Under the pieces are notes generated by a model. That model was not told the origin of the DNA. It searched no databases and saw only the letters and a list, made by a program, of their open reading frames with translations. The translations under genes and the position numbers were made by a program. From Setoptus koraiensis (taxonomy: Eukaryota > Animalia > Arthropoda): 64,000 nucleotides of DNA. Numbering within the stretch: position 1 is the stretch's first letter; the number at the start of each line of letters is the position of its first letter. Below are positions 36,321 through 48,494 of the stretch, piece after piece. The stretch covers positions 7,936,001-8,000,000 of the forward strand of contig CM106586.1 in assembly GCA_048013815.1 (NCBI GenBank), read 5' to 3'.

Positions 36321-36669
36321 TATGCCAGTACAAAACTTCATCAGACTTGTAACAAGTCGCATAGAGGGCGCCCTCTACAGAAAAATATTTTCAAGTTAAA
36401 CGAATACACTTAAATGTTGCGCCAATGTGACGGTAAACACAGCCTACTTTTGTACCACAAACCAGCTGACATTGTTCAACAATAATATCGTGAGCTCTGT
36501 TGCAATCGCTAAACATGCATGCGTGTCTTCTTCATCTTTCATTATGTCTCCACTATCATCCAAGATTTGACCCATGATGACTGACGGATTAGATACGACA
36601 ATACTCTCCTTTTAGCTGCTGCTTCATCCATAACATTACCATCATCATCATCACTACCACCATCTGATC

Positions 36670-37644
36670 ATGTCGGAAGATCAAAAGCTATTCCTCATAG
36701 AATGGGATATGATGGATAGAAATAGGTTCTTGTCCTTTTCAGTAATTAACTCTTTTGCTGGACGTGGCCTACAATATCCCCTTGTTCTAATCAAAACTAG
36801 ATTGCAGGTGCAACATCGAAACACCATGTATTCTGGCGCTTTGGACGCTTTCAAGAAGATTATTAAGACGGAAGGATTTTGCGGGCTTTACAAAGGCTTT
36901 TGGATAAATTCAATGCAGGCCTTTTCTGGTATAAGCTACATAGCGGCCTACGAGAAAACTAGGGATTTAGTTACTAATTATACGAACATCAGTGATAGCA
37001 AGACGAAGGCCTTCATTTCAGGAGGAATAGGTTCGATCATGAGTCAAACATTGATCATACCATTTGATGTTGTGTCACAACACATCATGATGGCACTTAC
37101 AAAAACACCCCCGCCGGCCGGATGGCAATCACCCGTTTTTAAGCCTTTCAACTTGCCCCAAGAAGAGGTGAGGCGTTATGGAGTTGGAATCACAATAACT
37201 CGTAGCCTGTATCGCGAAAATGGTTTCCGAAGCTTCTATCGAGGCTATTGGGCATCTTTAATGTGTGTTGTGCCAAGCTCAGCTTGTTGGTGGTTGTTTT
37301 ACACCCACTTCAATGAACTACTGTATTCGGCAAGTGCATCTTCATCCGGTGCAATACCTCATATGTTGATATATTGTACTTCTGGTGTTTTGAGTGCAAC
37401 CCTAGTGTCATTGATGACAAACCCCTTGGATTTACTTCGTGCCAACATACAAGTGCATAGGCCAACGTCTTATTGGAAAGCAGTCAAGTATTTATGGAGA
37501 GAGGATCGTTGGCGTGTTTTAAACAAAGGTTTATCTGCCCGTCTCACACAGAGTTGTATATCGTCCGCGCTAATTGTTATCGGATATGAAGCTATGAAGA
37601 GGTTTTCTGTGCAAGATAAATACCGCGATCAAATCAAATGGTAA
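36670..37644 (+). CDS. SLC25A44: Mitochondrial carrier SLC25A44
   Basis: IEWDMMD N-terminal motif; carrier signatures YPLVLIKTRLQ, IPFDVVSQH and NPLDLLRANIQV. Confidence 0.92.
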   Translation: MSEDQKLFLIEWDMMDRNRFLSFSVINSFAGRGLQYPLVLIKTRLQVQHRNTMYSGALDAFKKIIKTEGFCGLYKGFWINSMQAFSGISYIAAYEKTRDLVTNYTNISDSKTKAFISGGIGSIMSQTLIIPFDVVSQHIMMALTKTPPPAGWQSPVFKPFNLPQEEVRRYGVGITITRSLYRENGFRSFYRGYWASLMCVVPSSACWWLFYTHFNELLYSASASSSGAIPHMLIYCTSGVLSATLVSLMTNPLDLLRANIQVHRPTSYWKAVKYLWREDRWRVLNKGLSARLTQSCISSALIVIGYEAMKRFSVQDKYRDQIKW

Positions 37645-37890
37645 CACTATGTTCGGTTACACCATTATTGTTAATGTTTATTTGCAAATAAATTCACCTA
37701 GTCGTTTTCAAAGTTTTTTAATAAGAGAATCTACCGCATAATCAAACGAATTGCCCCACGCACTATTCCTGTCACTTTCCCCTTGGCATAGTAATTATTA
37801 ATTATGTTCATCATAGTACATTTGCATTGATAGTTGCTTTAGCAAAAACTAAACAATGAAGATGAGCAAATTTTACAGATATGTGTGCAT

Positions 37891-38805
37891 TTATATCAGG
37901 AATGGTATTATGGCCTTACGGCAACGAGGATAAGTAGGAAACTGTTTCTTGTAGTTTCTGTGTTTACCTTGGGCCCAGATAATCATTTGGAAACCGCCAG
38001 CCGAGGCAAACAATAGCGCAGGCAACGCTTGTGTCATCAATGTAAAGGCCAACCAGGCACCAATCTCGTAGGTATAATTGGGACAGGATACAAACTGAAA
38101 CAGAAGTGTAAATGGATTAGAGCCAACTTGAGGAATACTGCGTGTTGTTGTTCCTGGTGGTCTTAAGTCTCTCAGAGCAATATGGATGCTGTAGTTGCCC
38201 AATTCTGCCAAAATGAATAATACCAATCCTAGGTAGATTTGTGCTTGACCAAAAGTGGGTGGTGTGTAAAGTGGATGATTGATGTAATAGCCAACATAAA
38301 ATGCAAATCCCCAGTAATAAGAGCAATTCTTAAATAGATTCATCATTGGCATAGTGGCATGTGAGAATCTGTGCACAAATATAGTCTCTAATATACGCTT
38401 GATGTAATGGAATGACCAACAAAGTGCCGCCACTTTGACCACATAGTGAGGCTCCAGTTGAGCGGCCGCCGAGCTACCGTATATAATAGATGGTCTAATA
38501 TAGGTGATGAGGTAGCAAAATAATGGGCCAGCGTACTCACACAAGAATACTGTAGACCAGCCAATTTGTGGACCTAGATCCTTGAAAAACAATTCCCTTC
38601 CCTTTCCCAAGTCTATTGTTGACAGTACGGCATCGTCGCTGAGCGCCTTACCTTTTGCTTGATTTCTCAGGCTAATTCTTTCTGGATAAAGTGATTTCTT
38701 TTGTTTGCAGATCAATTTCTTCACTTCGCCTATAGTGGACGACGGACTGACGTTCTTAAGTGAAACCAATTGGGAATGATTCGCTTTCAATATATCCAAC
38801 TCCAT
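37891..38805 (-). CDS. TECR: Very-long-chain trans-2,3-enoyl-CoA reductase
   Basis: FKDLGPQIGWSTVFLCEYAGP, HRFSHATMP, NLFKNCSYYW, VSCPNYTYE. Confidence 0.96.
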   Translation of the reverse strand: MELDILKANHSQLVSLKNVSPSSTIGEVKKLICKQKKSLYPERISLRNQAKGKALSDDAVLSTIDLGKGRELFFKDLGPQIGWSTVFLCEYAGPLFCYLITYIRPSIIYGSSAAAQLEPHYVVKVAALCWSFHYIKRILETIFVHRFSHATMPMMNLFKNCSYYWGFAFYVGYYINHPLYTPPTFGQAQIYLGLVLFILAELGNYSIHIALRDLRPPGTTTRSIPQVGSNPFTLLFQFVSCPNYTYEIGAWLAFTLMTQALPALLFASAGGFQMIIWAQGKHRNYKKQFPTYPRCRKAIIPFLI

Positions 38806-40476
38806 GATTGAGCTGTTTATTTGTTATCTAATGATGCTTATTATAATAATAATAATAATAATAATTAGAATGTAATAATTAATAACGATATAAAATATGA
38901 GTTTAGCGGGCCGTCGAATGTAGAAGCTAGGTAGTTGATAGTATACTTGTACTAGCTATACAAATTATATCAGCAGCATTGAGTATTTTAAAATTGTAAG
39001 ATGGTAGATTTTCTCTACTGTGTTCGTTCTTGCCAATGCCCCTCTAGTTGCTTTCACTCTCTCCGCCAGGGGCGCAGAAAGCGCGACAGGATGCACAGCC
39101 AAGCACAGAGTGCGTCGATAGATGTTTCAACTTGTTGACACCACGCGAACTCACCGCGCTAACGGTACTTCATCATCTGCAGTTTACTCACGACGTAAAA
39201 CACACTGTATCACAATGCGATTAACGTTCACTCACGCTGCTTATAGAAACCTAAGTGCGCCGCCCTGGCGGCTCAAAAATAGTGACCGATAAGTGATTGG
39301 CAAGAATGCACACAGTACAAAAGCAACTTGATGTACTGTTGAGGAAGAGATTACTTGGATAAACTTGGATAGTGCAGCTAGACAGACAGGCAGGGATAGC
39401 AAAAGATGTTTGCACTAAAGGCAGTGAGCCTTGCAACATGAGCATGTGTCAAACCTGAAAAACCACGTAATCACCGTCAGAGAAAACTGAAAAAACAACT
39501 TGAGTGCACACACACACTGTTGTAGACTATGGAAGTAACGTCTTCTACGCAATCCGTCCACGACAATGTTATGTGGGACACCATGTAATTACATATTGCA
39601 AACTTTGTATAAGAGTATAAATATATACATTTTAATGAAGACTATGATCAGATAGAACTTTACGACAAAAACTCACATAAATTATCACAGCGATGTTAGC
39701 AATCTCGTAATTGCACATAAGCGCAAACTGTTCATGGTCGCAACTCGCTCGCTATTTCAGACCCCTCTTTCAGTGCTTATTTTGCGTCTATTGCAGTCAC
39801 ACCACTAATTCGAAAAAGGGGGACAAAGGCCAAAGTTCTAAGTAAGTCTTCGCGCAAGGATGCATTGGCAAGACCAGTTCGAGCACAGTTTGTACATTGT
39901 GCTTGAACTGTTCACAAATTGATAACAGGAAGCACGAAAACTTGTTGTCATTCGGTGGCAGCCAGGTTGTTGTTGATGGTGGTCGTAATTACTATATGAT
40001 AGTAAAATCCTATACACTTTCTACTGGTGTTGCAACTGCTGCTGTTGATGATCACTATCACCTACAGTTTTCAGAACGGCGGAAATATCGCAACAGATTC
40101 AAACAGACTGCTGTCAAAATCAACACTTACCACTTGTTAGCCTATTTGGGCGCACACAAACAGTGAGTCTTATCAAGGTACTACGGTGACTCAGTTGATG
40201 AACAAAAAGAAACTTTCATTCATACCTACGGTAACGTTGAGGGTCATTGCTAGTAGCTGAATAAATCACATTATTGTGCAGTCATCTTATTTAGTCGCAT
40301 TTAGAATGCGACAACATCAAATAGAACTGATTTCTTACTCCATGGGCGTCTAGGCTAGATTCTAGGCTCAAAAAACTCGAACATGGGCACTCTCATCCAT
40401 CCTAGGGAGACATTAGAATAATGCAAAAAGTCCAGTACCAATCTGAAATATAAACGTGAACATGTTTTATCTATAG

Positions 40477-40592
40477 ACATGCCAATGGCCATTGTCACTC
40501 AAGAGATGATCGAGTGCGACAGAGCCGGAGTTATGTTTTCTTGCAATCCCACCAATGGCGACGAGCGAGAGATTCTAATAACGGCCAATTAC
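40477..40592 (+). pseudogene. Orphan exon fragment of a PEP synthase/PPDK_N (rifampicin phosphotransferase/PigC-like) gene
   Basis: After a ttttatctatag acceptor: MPMAIVTQEMIECDRAGVMFSCNPTNGDEREILITANY, matching the recalled family consensus MAVVVQEMV..AGVMFT.DP.TG...I.ITANY(GLGE). Homology stops at the satellite. Confidence 0.7.
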
Positions 40593-40922
40593 CGGCCGAT
40601 TTCGACCCACCCCGATTTCAATTCAAAAATCGTCATGGCGTGTATTTCCGGCCATGTTCGACTGTTATAACGTAAATCTTCGGCCATTTCTGGCCGTGAT
40701 AACGCGTATATTCGACTTCAAAAATCGTCATCGCGCAAATTTTGGACTATTTTCTGGCCGTGATACTGTGTATATTGGCGCTCAAAAATCATCATCACGT
40801 CTATTTCCGGCCATGTTCGACCGTCATAATGTAAATCTTCGGCCATTTTTGGCCGTCATCACGCGTAAATTTGACTTCGAAAATCGTCATCGCGCAAATT
40901 TTGGACCAAATTTTGGTCGAGA
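40590..40922. repeat. Satellite with ~32-bp monomers and a 159-bp higher-order repeat
   Basis: Units start at 40625 and 40784 (aaaaatc[g/a]tcat...tttccggccatgttcgac...aaatcttcggccattt[c/t]tggccgt). Confidence 0.85.
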
Positions 40923-41393
40923 AGTGTCTCTGATTATTATAGACTCAATCAAATCTTTTTACAAATAGCTCTCTCAATGATGAATAAAGATCAGTTTGGT
41001 AGCTTTTCTAGCTAAACTTAATGCATTCTGTGCCGCTGCCTAGATATTAGACATGGTGCAAATACTATAGCTCTACAGGTTTATACGAGATGATGATTAT
41101 ATACAAGATGATTTAGGGGATTATATGATCAAATGTGTATACGAGTATCAAATAACAATCCAGTAGATAGAGATCGCAAATAACCGACGGTTATCGCGGA
41201 TAGAGATAAAATAAATGAGAGGTCCAGAGCTTTTCATGATGATTGATCAATGAGACCCTAAAACGGATGGTGCAAAAGTGAATCTTATCGGTACCATAAG
41301 TGGCAATCTATAGGGGTTTATGAAAAGATTGATTGAAGATAAATATTTGAGTTTTAAAATAGAATTTATTTAAGCAACATACTATAAATTTCG

Positions 41394-44300
41394 TCAATCT
41401 TCTTTAACTAGAAGTAACAAGTCATCGCCATCGACTTTCATGTCTTTTTTCGCGATCACTTGCTCGACTATACCATCACATGGAGCTTGGACGACCATCT
41501 CCATTTTCATTGCACTAATTACAACCATAGGTTGACCCTTCTTGACTCGATCACCTTCGCCGACAGATACATCTATAATTGTACCCGGCATGGGAGATCC
41601 TATAGAACCAATGACTCCTTTTTGAGACTTGATGTTCGCAGTAGAAGATTCCTTGATGGAGCTATCTTTCACTAAAATAGTTCTTAGTTGTCCGTTGAAT
41701 TCAAAAAATACCTCTCTTTCACCTTTGTGAGTCAATGTCTCAGACACCGCTAACGCCTTGATATGTACAGTTTTGCCTCGTTCTAGAGTTACTTCAAGTT
41801 CCTCACCAACTTTAGGCCCTATCAAGAATATTCTTGTATCCAAGTCAGTTACTGGTCCATAACTTTGTACGAAATCTAGGAAATCATCGGTGACTTTCGG
41901 GTACATAGCAGAGCTCATAACATCTGTATCGCTGATATCAGTTCCATGCTTCTCAATCAACTCTGCCTTGAGCTTCTCGAAGTTCAAAGGTGGCAAATGC
42001 TCGCCTGGGCGACCACTAACTGGAGTTAAGCCTTTCAGGATTTTCGTTCTCAGCGGTTCAGGGAATCCTCCATGAGGAATTCCAATGAAACCTTGCATGA
42101 ACTCAACTACAGAGGTAGGAAAGCTAAGCTCATCTGCTCGATCTTCAACATCTTTTGCTGATAAGTCATTTTGCACCATGAATGCCGCTAAATCTCCAAC
42201 AACTTTAGATGAGGGTGTTACTTTAATGATGTCACCTAATAATTTATTAGCTTCGGCATACGTCCTCTTGATCTCTTCAAAGTGTTGACCTAAACCGAGA
42301 CTGTAAGCTTGAAATTGTAAATTAGTGTACTGTCCTCCAGGTATCTCGTTCTCGTAGACATCTGCGTTTCCACTTTTCATTGTCAGGGTACACTCAAATG
42401 GTGCGTACAGGGTTCTCGTTTGTTCCCAATAAGCTGAGTATTTGCTCACGTCTGATAGTAAAAGTCCAGTATCTCTCTCAGAATCTTTTAATGACGCAAC
42501 TATAGCACCCATACTAGGTTGAGATGTCATACCGCTCATTGAATCCACTGCCACATCAACGATATCCGCACCAGCTTCTGAACAAGCCAAAAGGGAGGCA
42601 ACACCCGCACCAGAAGTGTCATGGGTGTGAACGTGTATTGGAATATCTGGATGCCTTTCTCGCAGCGCCTTTATTAGAATAGTCGCTGCTCTAGGCTTCA
42701 GAAGGCCTGCCATGTCTTTAATGCAAAGAATGTGTGCACCACCCTTGATGACCTCGTCCGATAAATCCAGATAATACTGTAAGTTGTACTTTGTCTTAGC
42801 AGGGTTGGAGATGTCTCCAGTGTAAGCAATAGCCGCTTCTACAATACCTCCGGCTCTTCTTGCAGCTTCCATTCCAATTAATAAATTTGGAAGATAGTTG
42901 AGTGAGTCAAATACTCTGAAGATATCCATACCAGCCTGTTTAGCTTGTTCACAAAATTTGAAAACAACATTGTCTGGGTACGAGGTGTAGCCCACTGCAT
43001 TTGCACCACGGAGAAGCATTTGAAACAAAACGTTCGGCATCAATTCCCGCATCTTCGCCAATCTTTCCCAGGGATCTTCGTGCAAAAAGCGCATTGACAC
43101 ATCGAAAGTGGCACCACCCCAATTTTCAAGACTGAAGAGCTTGTTAAATTTGTGAGCTACAAACGGTGAGATCTTCAGCAAATCATTGGTACGAACTCTC
43201 GTAGCAAGAAGGGATTGATGGGCATCTCTGAATGTGGTGTCCATGAGTAGAAGCGGCTTATGGTTTCTGATTGCTTTAGCTAGACCCTCTGGGCCTTTAT
43301 TCAGGAACACCTGACGCCAACCGGTGGGTAGTGTTTCGCCAAGATTTAAAGACGGCACGACAGGGATTATTTCTGCTGGCTTAAGGCTTGTAATCAAAGG
43401 AGTCTTGGCACCATTAACCATGAGCTCGGCAAGATAGTACAAAAGTTTTTGACCACGATTCTTGCTCGGAGTAAACTTGAACAATTGTGGATTATTATCG
43501 ATGAAGTTGGTGTCATATGAGGCGGATTGAAATTTTTCGTGTTTTAGCACATTCAATAAAAACGGGATATTTGTTTTTACGCCACGAACTCGAAATTCTT
43601 TCAGAGCACGAGACATCTTTGAAGTAGCTTGTTTTAAATCCTTGCTGGTGGCTATTACTTTAACCAATAAGGAATCATAATAAGGCGAAATTTGAGCTCC
43701 GGTGAAAGCCGCAGCACCATCTAACCTAATACCAAAACCCTCCCCACTTCGAAAAACTTCGATACGGCCAGTGTCAGGCATGAAACCTTGGCTAGGGTCT
43801 TCTGTGGTTACCCTACATTGAAGAGAGCATCCATTGATGTGAATGTTCTTCTGGGACAAACCTAGTTCCTCTAGACTTGATCCCTCTGCTACTTGAATTT
43901 GTGTTTGGACTAGATCAACTCCTGTGATTTCTTCAGTAACTGTATGCTCAACTTGAAGACGAGCATTGACTTCAATAAAGTAGTGCTTACCGAATTCATC
44001 TACAAGAAATTCCGCAGTTCCCGCATTTTGATAATCAACAAATCGGGCTATCTTGAGAGCATCATTGAGTATATTCTCTCTGATCGCGGGGTCAAGATTG
44101 GGAGCAGGGGCTATCTCGACAACTTTTTGATGTCTTCTTTGTATGGTACAGTCGCGCTCAAAAAGATGCACGACATTACCATATTCATCACCCATCATTT
44201 GCACTTCGATATGCTTGGGTTTCTCTATGAACCTCTCAACAAACATGGCACCATTACCGAATGCAGCTTTCGCCTCGGATTGAGCTCTAATAAAGTTTTC

Positions 44301-45238
44301 TTCTATTTCCTCTATTCGCTTAACTACTCGCATTCCTCTACCTCCGCCTCCAAAAGCAGCTTTGAATATAACTGGAAGACCATGAGTTTTACAAAATTCT
44401 ACTGCCTGATCGACATGTTCAATAGGGAAGTCTAGTCCTGGCACAACATTAACACCGGCTGCTATAGCAGACTTCCTGGCCTCCACTTTATCTCCCATCC
44501 TTGACATAACCTCAGGTTTAGGACCGATAAATTTGATACCAAGATTGCGACAAGCTTCGGCAAAATCTGATCTCTCCGACAGGAAGCCTTCATGGTCGTT
44601 GTTAACATAATTTTTTTTGCATTGCATTTGTTAATATAATTGTCGATAATGTATCCAAGGAGACATTTAGAATCTTTGTAGTTATATCAAGATGATAGTG
44701 AGAAGTTCAATTTGACACAGACCTCAAACTGGGTGTCTGATGCATGCTGCACGATTAACTTACCATAGCCGGGATGAATTGCGTCAACATTGTTGTCTAC
44801 AGCAATTTTGAGAATTTCTTCAATACTCAAATAAGCTTGAACTGGGGGAAGACCTTTGCCCACCAAATAGGATTCGTCGGCCTTCTGTCGGAACATTTGC
44901 ATTTTGTCTTGTTCCGAGTAGATGGCCACGGATCTCTTGCCTAATTCTGTACATGCTCGGAAGACTCTGACGGCGATCTCACCTACAATATTGATAATGA
45001 GGACAAATAATTAGCTGGTTGATTTCTAGCACGTAGTGACCATAAAAATAGATAATAATATTTTGTCAATATTGTACTGTATTTATCGTTTACCTCTATT
45101 AGCCACTAGGACTTTGTTAATTGGTTTATGTTTTATCTGAGTATTGTTAGCCATGGTTCCTTGATTCCGTTTGTTAGTGACAAACTCTAATCCAGGCTTT
45201 TTGTACAGTGGTTGACATAATCTCAACCTATTTAACAT
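41394..45238 (-). CDS. PC: Pyruvate carboxylase (1185 aa)
   Basis: complement(join(41394..44587,44764..44982,45094..45238)). Motifs [59 protein letters not shown] and biotin site SAMKME. Confidence 0.97.
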
Positions 45239-46439
45239 AATGATGTTCGACAGTGTGTAAAGTGTTCGTGCGTGCGTGTGTGTGTGTCTGGGTGTGTGTG
45301 TCTGTGTGTCTAGCCCAATTACAGATCATACAGGCTTCACAAGTGAAGGATAGACTTCCTCCGCCGGGTAGTCTTATCGACATGCACTTAGTTGGGGCAA
45401 GTAGCACGAGCCACGAAAGAGATAAATGTTTCAGTGGTGGCTATATGTGAATCATTGACGAATATACTTTTAATTGGATCGATCGGTTACTCTAGTCACT
45501 CTATCTGTAACAACAACGAGTTTTGTTGGATATAGCGTACTTGTTAATAAGTTTGTTGTTCTGCACATATAACAGATTTATAAGCTAGTAGGGCTAACTA
45601 ATCATCGAGTTATCTCATTATGAATAAGACTGATCTTGAGAGATATATCATAATAATATAGATATATCTGTATATATATATAAATATATATATATATGTT
45701 TGATATTGTATAATACTGTCGAGATGAAGATAGCTCACAGTGTGAGCCTCACACACGAAATTGCTATGATTGTTGCGATGATAACAACATGCAGTATTGG
45801 TAATAATAGCGATATTAACAAAATAATACATGTAACATCAACAACTCTGGCGATATAGACGCAGCAGTGACTAGAGAACGGAAAAAAACATGGTTAGACG
45901 AATGTTGTTGAAATGTAGTTTTCTACATGTGATGTCAGTCCAGCCACAATGAAAACTCGCATTCATCTGCAGATTACAGATGCAGGCATCTCTTTATGTC
46001 TGCTTATCTTTTATAACTGCTTCAAGTGATGATTCAAGTATTGATATTCGCACACAGACACACATTCATTGGCTGCGGCGAATTCAAACACACACACACA
46101 CACAAAGTTTGAATTGTCGGAAAGCGACGTCAGGCGGAATTCATGCCGAACAACGACTGGCACATAACGCAAGGCCGACGGGACTTCTCTAGGCAACAAT
46201 ACTGAACAGTCATCGTTCATTGGTCCTAGGATATATCCTGGAGCATCGTTGTTATCATTATTATATGTTTATAAATACAATATATATATATATATACCTA
46301 TTGTATTTACATAGACACAGGCCGGCAAATCTGTGTCATTGCAACAGCCTCACCTGCAGTTATCACTCATGGTAAATGATTATATTATTAATCTATTTTT
46401 ACAGCAACACAAATCATTATTTAAAACAATCGAAATCAA

Positions 46440-47465
46440 ATGGAGTCCAGATTGGAGATATGGAAGTCACCTATAAAAACTGTTTACTATTCTACATTAG
46501 AGGCAATATATTTATTTACTAGATATTACAAATCCGTAGCCAAGATTGTTCTACTGGTCTCCATATTGACAATTTCAGTGCTCAGACTCACTAGCATAGA
46601 AAAACAACTATTATGGAGCGCCAAGTGGGTCGGCTTAGGCATATTATCGTCCATTGGTCTTGGTACTGGAATGCACACATTTGTATTATATCTTGGACCA
46701 CACATTGCCGCTGTAACAATGGCAGCCTACACTTGCGGTAGCTTAAATTTTCTAGATCCACCCTATCCAAATGAAATCATCTGTCCCAGCCAAGTTGGCC
46801 AACAAGAGGTTATCAATGTGTGGACTATTTTGAACAAAGTTAAATTAGAATGTTTCATGTGGGGAGCAGGTACAGCAATTGGTGAACTGCCACCTTATTT
46901 CATAGCAAAATTTCGATCAAGTCAAACTAACAGCAACATCAATCTAAATGCCGGGGGCGACATCCTTGGGCAAGGTTCTAAATTGAAAACTATGATAGAA
47001 AATGTTGTAACCAAGGCTGGTTTTCTTGGAATACTAGTGTGTGCTTCAATACCTAATCCATTATTTGATTTAGCGGGTATTACATGTGGCACTTATCAAA
47101 TACCATTCCTTACATTCTTTGGAGCAACATTGATTGGTAAAGCGATCAACAAGATGCTTATTCAAACTATTGTCGTGATAATAGCGTTTAACAACAACAA
47201 TGTGGATTATATTGTCAATCTGAGTAGTATGATACCTAAAGTTGGCCAGTATATCCATCAACCGTTAAGAGAGCTTTTTATGAAACAAAGAGCTAATCTT
47301 CATAGGGAAGCCAGCCATGCACCGAGAGAAACATCTTGGTTGGCATGGGCTTTTGAAAAGTTCGTGATAGCTATAATTGTCTTTTATGTTGTATCTATCA
47401 TTAATACTATGGCTCAGAACTACTCGGATCGAATGAAGGCGAAACAGGAGAGAAGGAACCAATGA
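46440..47465 (+). CDS. VMP1: Vacuole membrane protein 1 (TMEM49)
   Basis: LGILSSIGLGTGMHTFVLYLGPHIA, WGAGTAIGELPPYF, SIPNPLFDLAGITCG. Confidence 0.96.
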   Translation: MESRLEIWKSPIKTVYYSTLEAIYLFTRYYKSVAKIVLLVSILTISVLRLTSIEKQLLWSAKWVGLGILSSIGLGTGMHTFVLYLGPHIAAVTMAAYTCGSLNFLDPPYPNEIICPSQVGQQEVINVWTILNKVKLECFMWGAGTAIGELPPYFIAKFRSSQTNSNINLNAGGDILGQGSKLKTMIENVVTKAGFLGILVCASIPNPLFDLAGITCGTYQIPFLTFFGATLIGKAINKMLIQTIVVIIAFNNNNVDYIVNLSSMIPKVGQYIHQPLRELFMKQRANLHREASHAPRETSWLAWAFEKFVIAIIVFYVVSIINTMAQNYSDRMKAKQERRNQ

Positions 47466-48494
47466 AAAGAAGAAAAGAAAACTAAAATTAGGTATCGAAA
47501 ATAGTATTCATCATCAACCCATACAAGTCGCTGACCTCCATCTTAAAGAACAATAACCTTATGAGATGGCAGATTTGTCTATTTGTGATAATGTATTTTT
47601 GAGGAGCTTTCTCACTCTCATCAACCACATGATAAACACTGAGTATCTTATCATCGACCTGTTACTAGCCGTTAATGACATTATGAACAAAAAAAGATCA
47701 GTTTCCTACACTAGTTCGGTACATGATGTCGGCGGGCTATCATGCATAACGGTGATATATATATCTACACATACACATATATTGAATAAATTAAATATAT
47801 AACTTAACTATCCTACTTCTTGTCATTTCGTTCATCGGCTCTGTGGTTGCATGCTTCAATTCACTTGGCTGATTTTGTGAATGTAACAACAATGTAGTAG
47901 CCTACTATATGACTTGTAGCAGGCCAGATTTTTTCTAAGAACAGGTGCGAATCGCTATCGTTGGATCTGGCCAACCGTTATGTCTACGTTTTTTGTTTCG
48001 CTACGCTAGCATGTCTTATGATAATTACTGTTTTTCAATTGTACATGCATGGAATGAATCGGATTGGTTGGTCATATCCTCGCCTCGTCTTTCTGTTGCA
48101 GTCCGTGAGGTGACTAAGTAGAATCAACCAAAAGATCTACCGCAGGTACTTTAGTAGTTTGAAGTATCATCGCTGACAAGATTTTGAAATCTGCAAAATC
48201 ATATCAGCACACGTAGAAAGTGTAGAAATGTGTTCTAATCCCAAAGATTTTGAATTTATATTAGGTTACCATAGCAAACGAAACTATCACAAACATTTAC
48301 TATGCCACAGAAATCTATCAAGAAATTTATTCGCCGATGGAGAACTAAAAGCAACTAGTGCCAAAGAAAGAAATCCTCCACGCCATAATTTTTGTATCAA
48401 CGATGTGGAAATGACATCTTACCTTTATTGTGTTGCCTCTATCGAAGGCTATCAACAGTTGCCATCTTGTTCGTATCGTGGATCACAAAAATTA

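Noticed and set aside
40590-40922. ~32-bp periodic repeats as a possible CRISPR array; ORF 40654..40968
   Set aside because: No unique spacers, degenerate monomers, no cas genes and a eukaryotic context. The ORF is a by-product of the repeat.
43944-44435. 163-aa + strand ORF
   Set aside because: Antisense to pyruvate carboxylase exon 3.
45684-45700. atatgtttgatatt resembling miR-190
   Set aside because: Lies in an AT-rich low-complexity tract with no supporting hairpin; the match stops after 14 nt.
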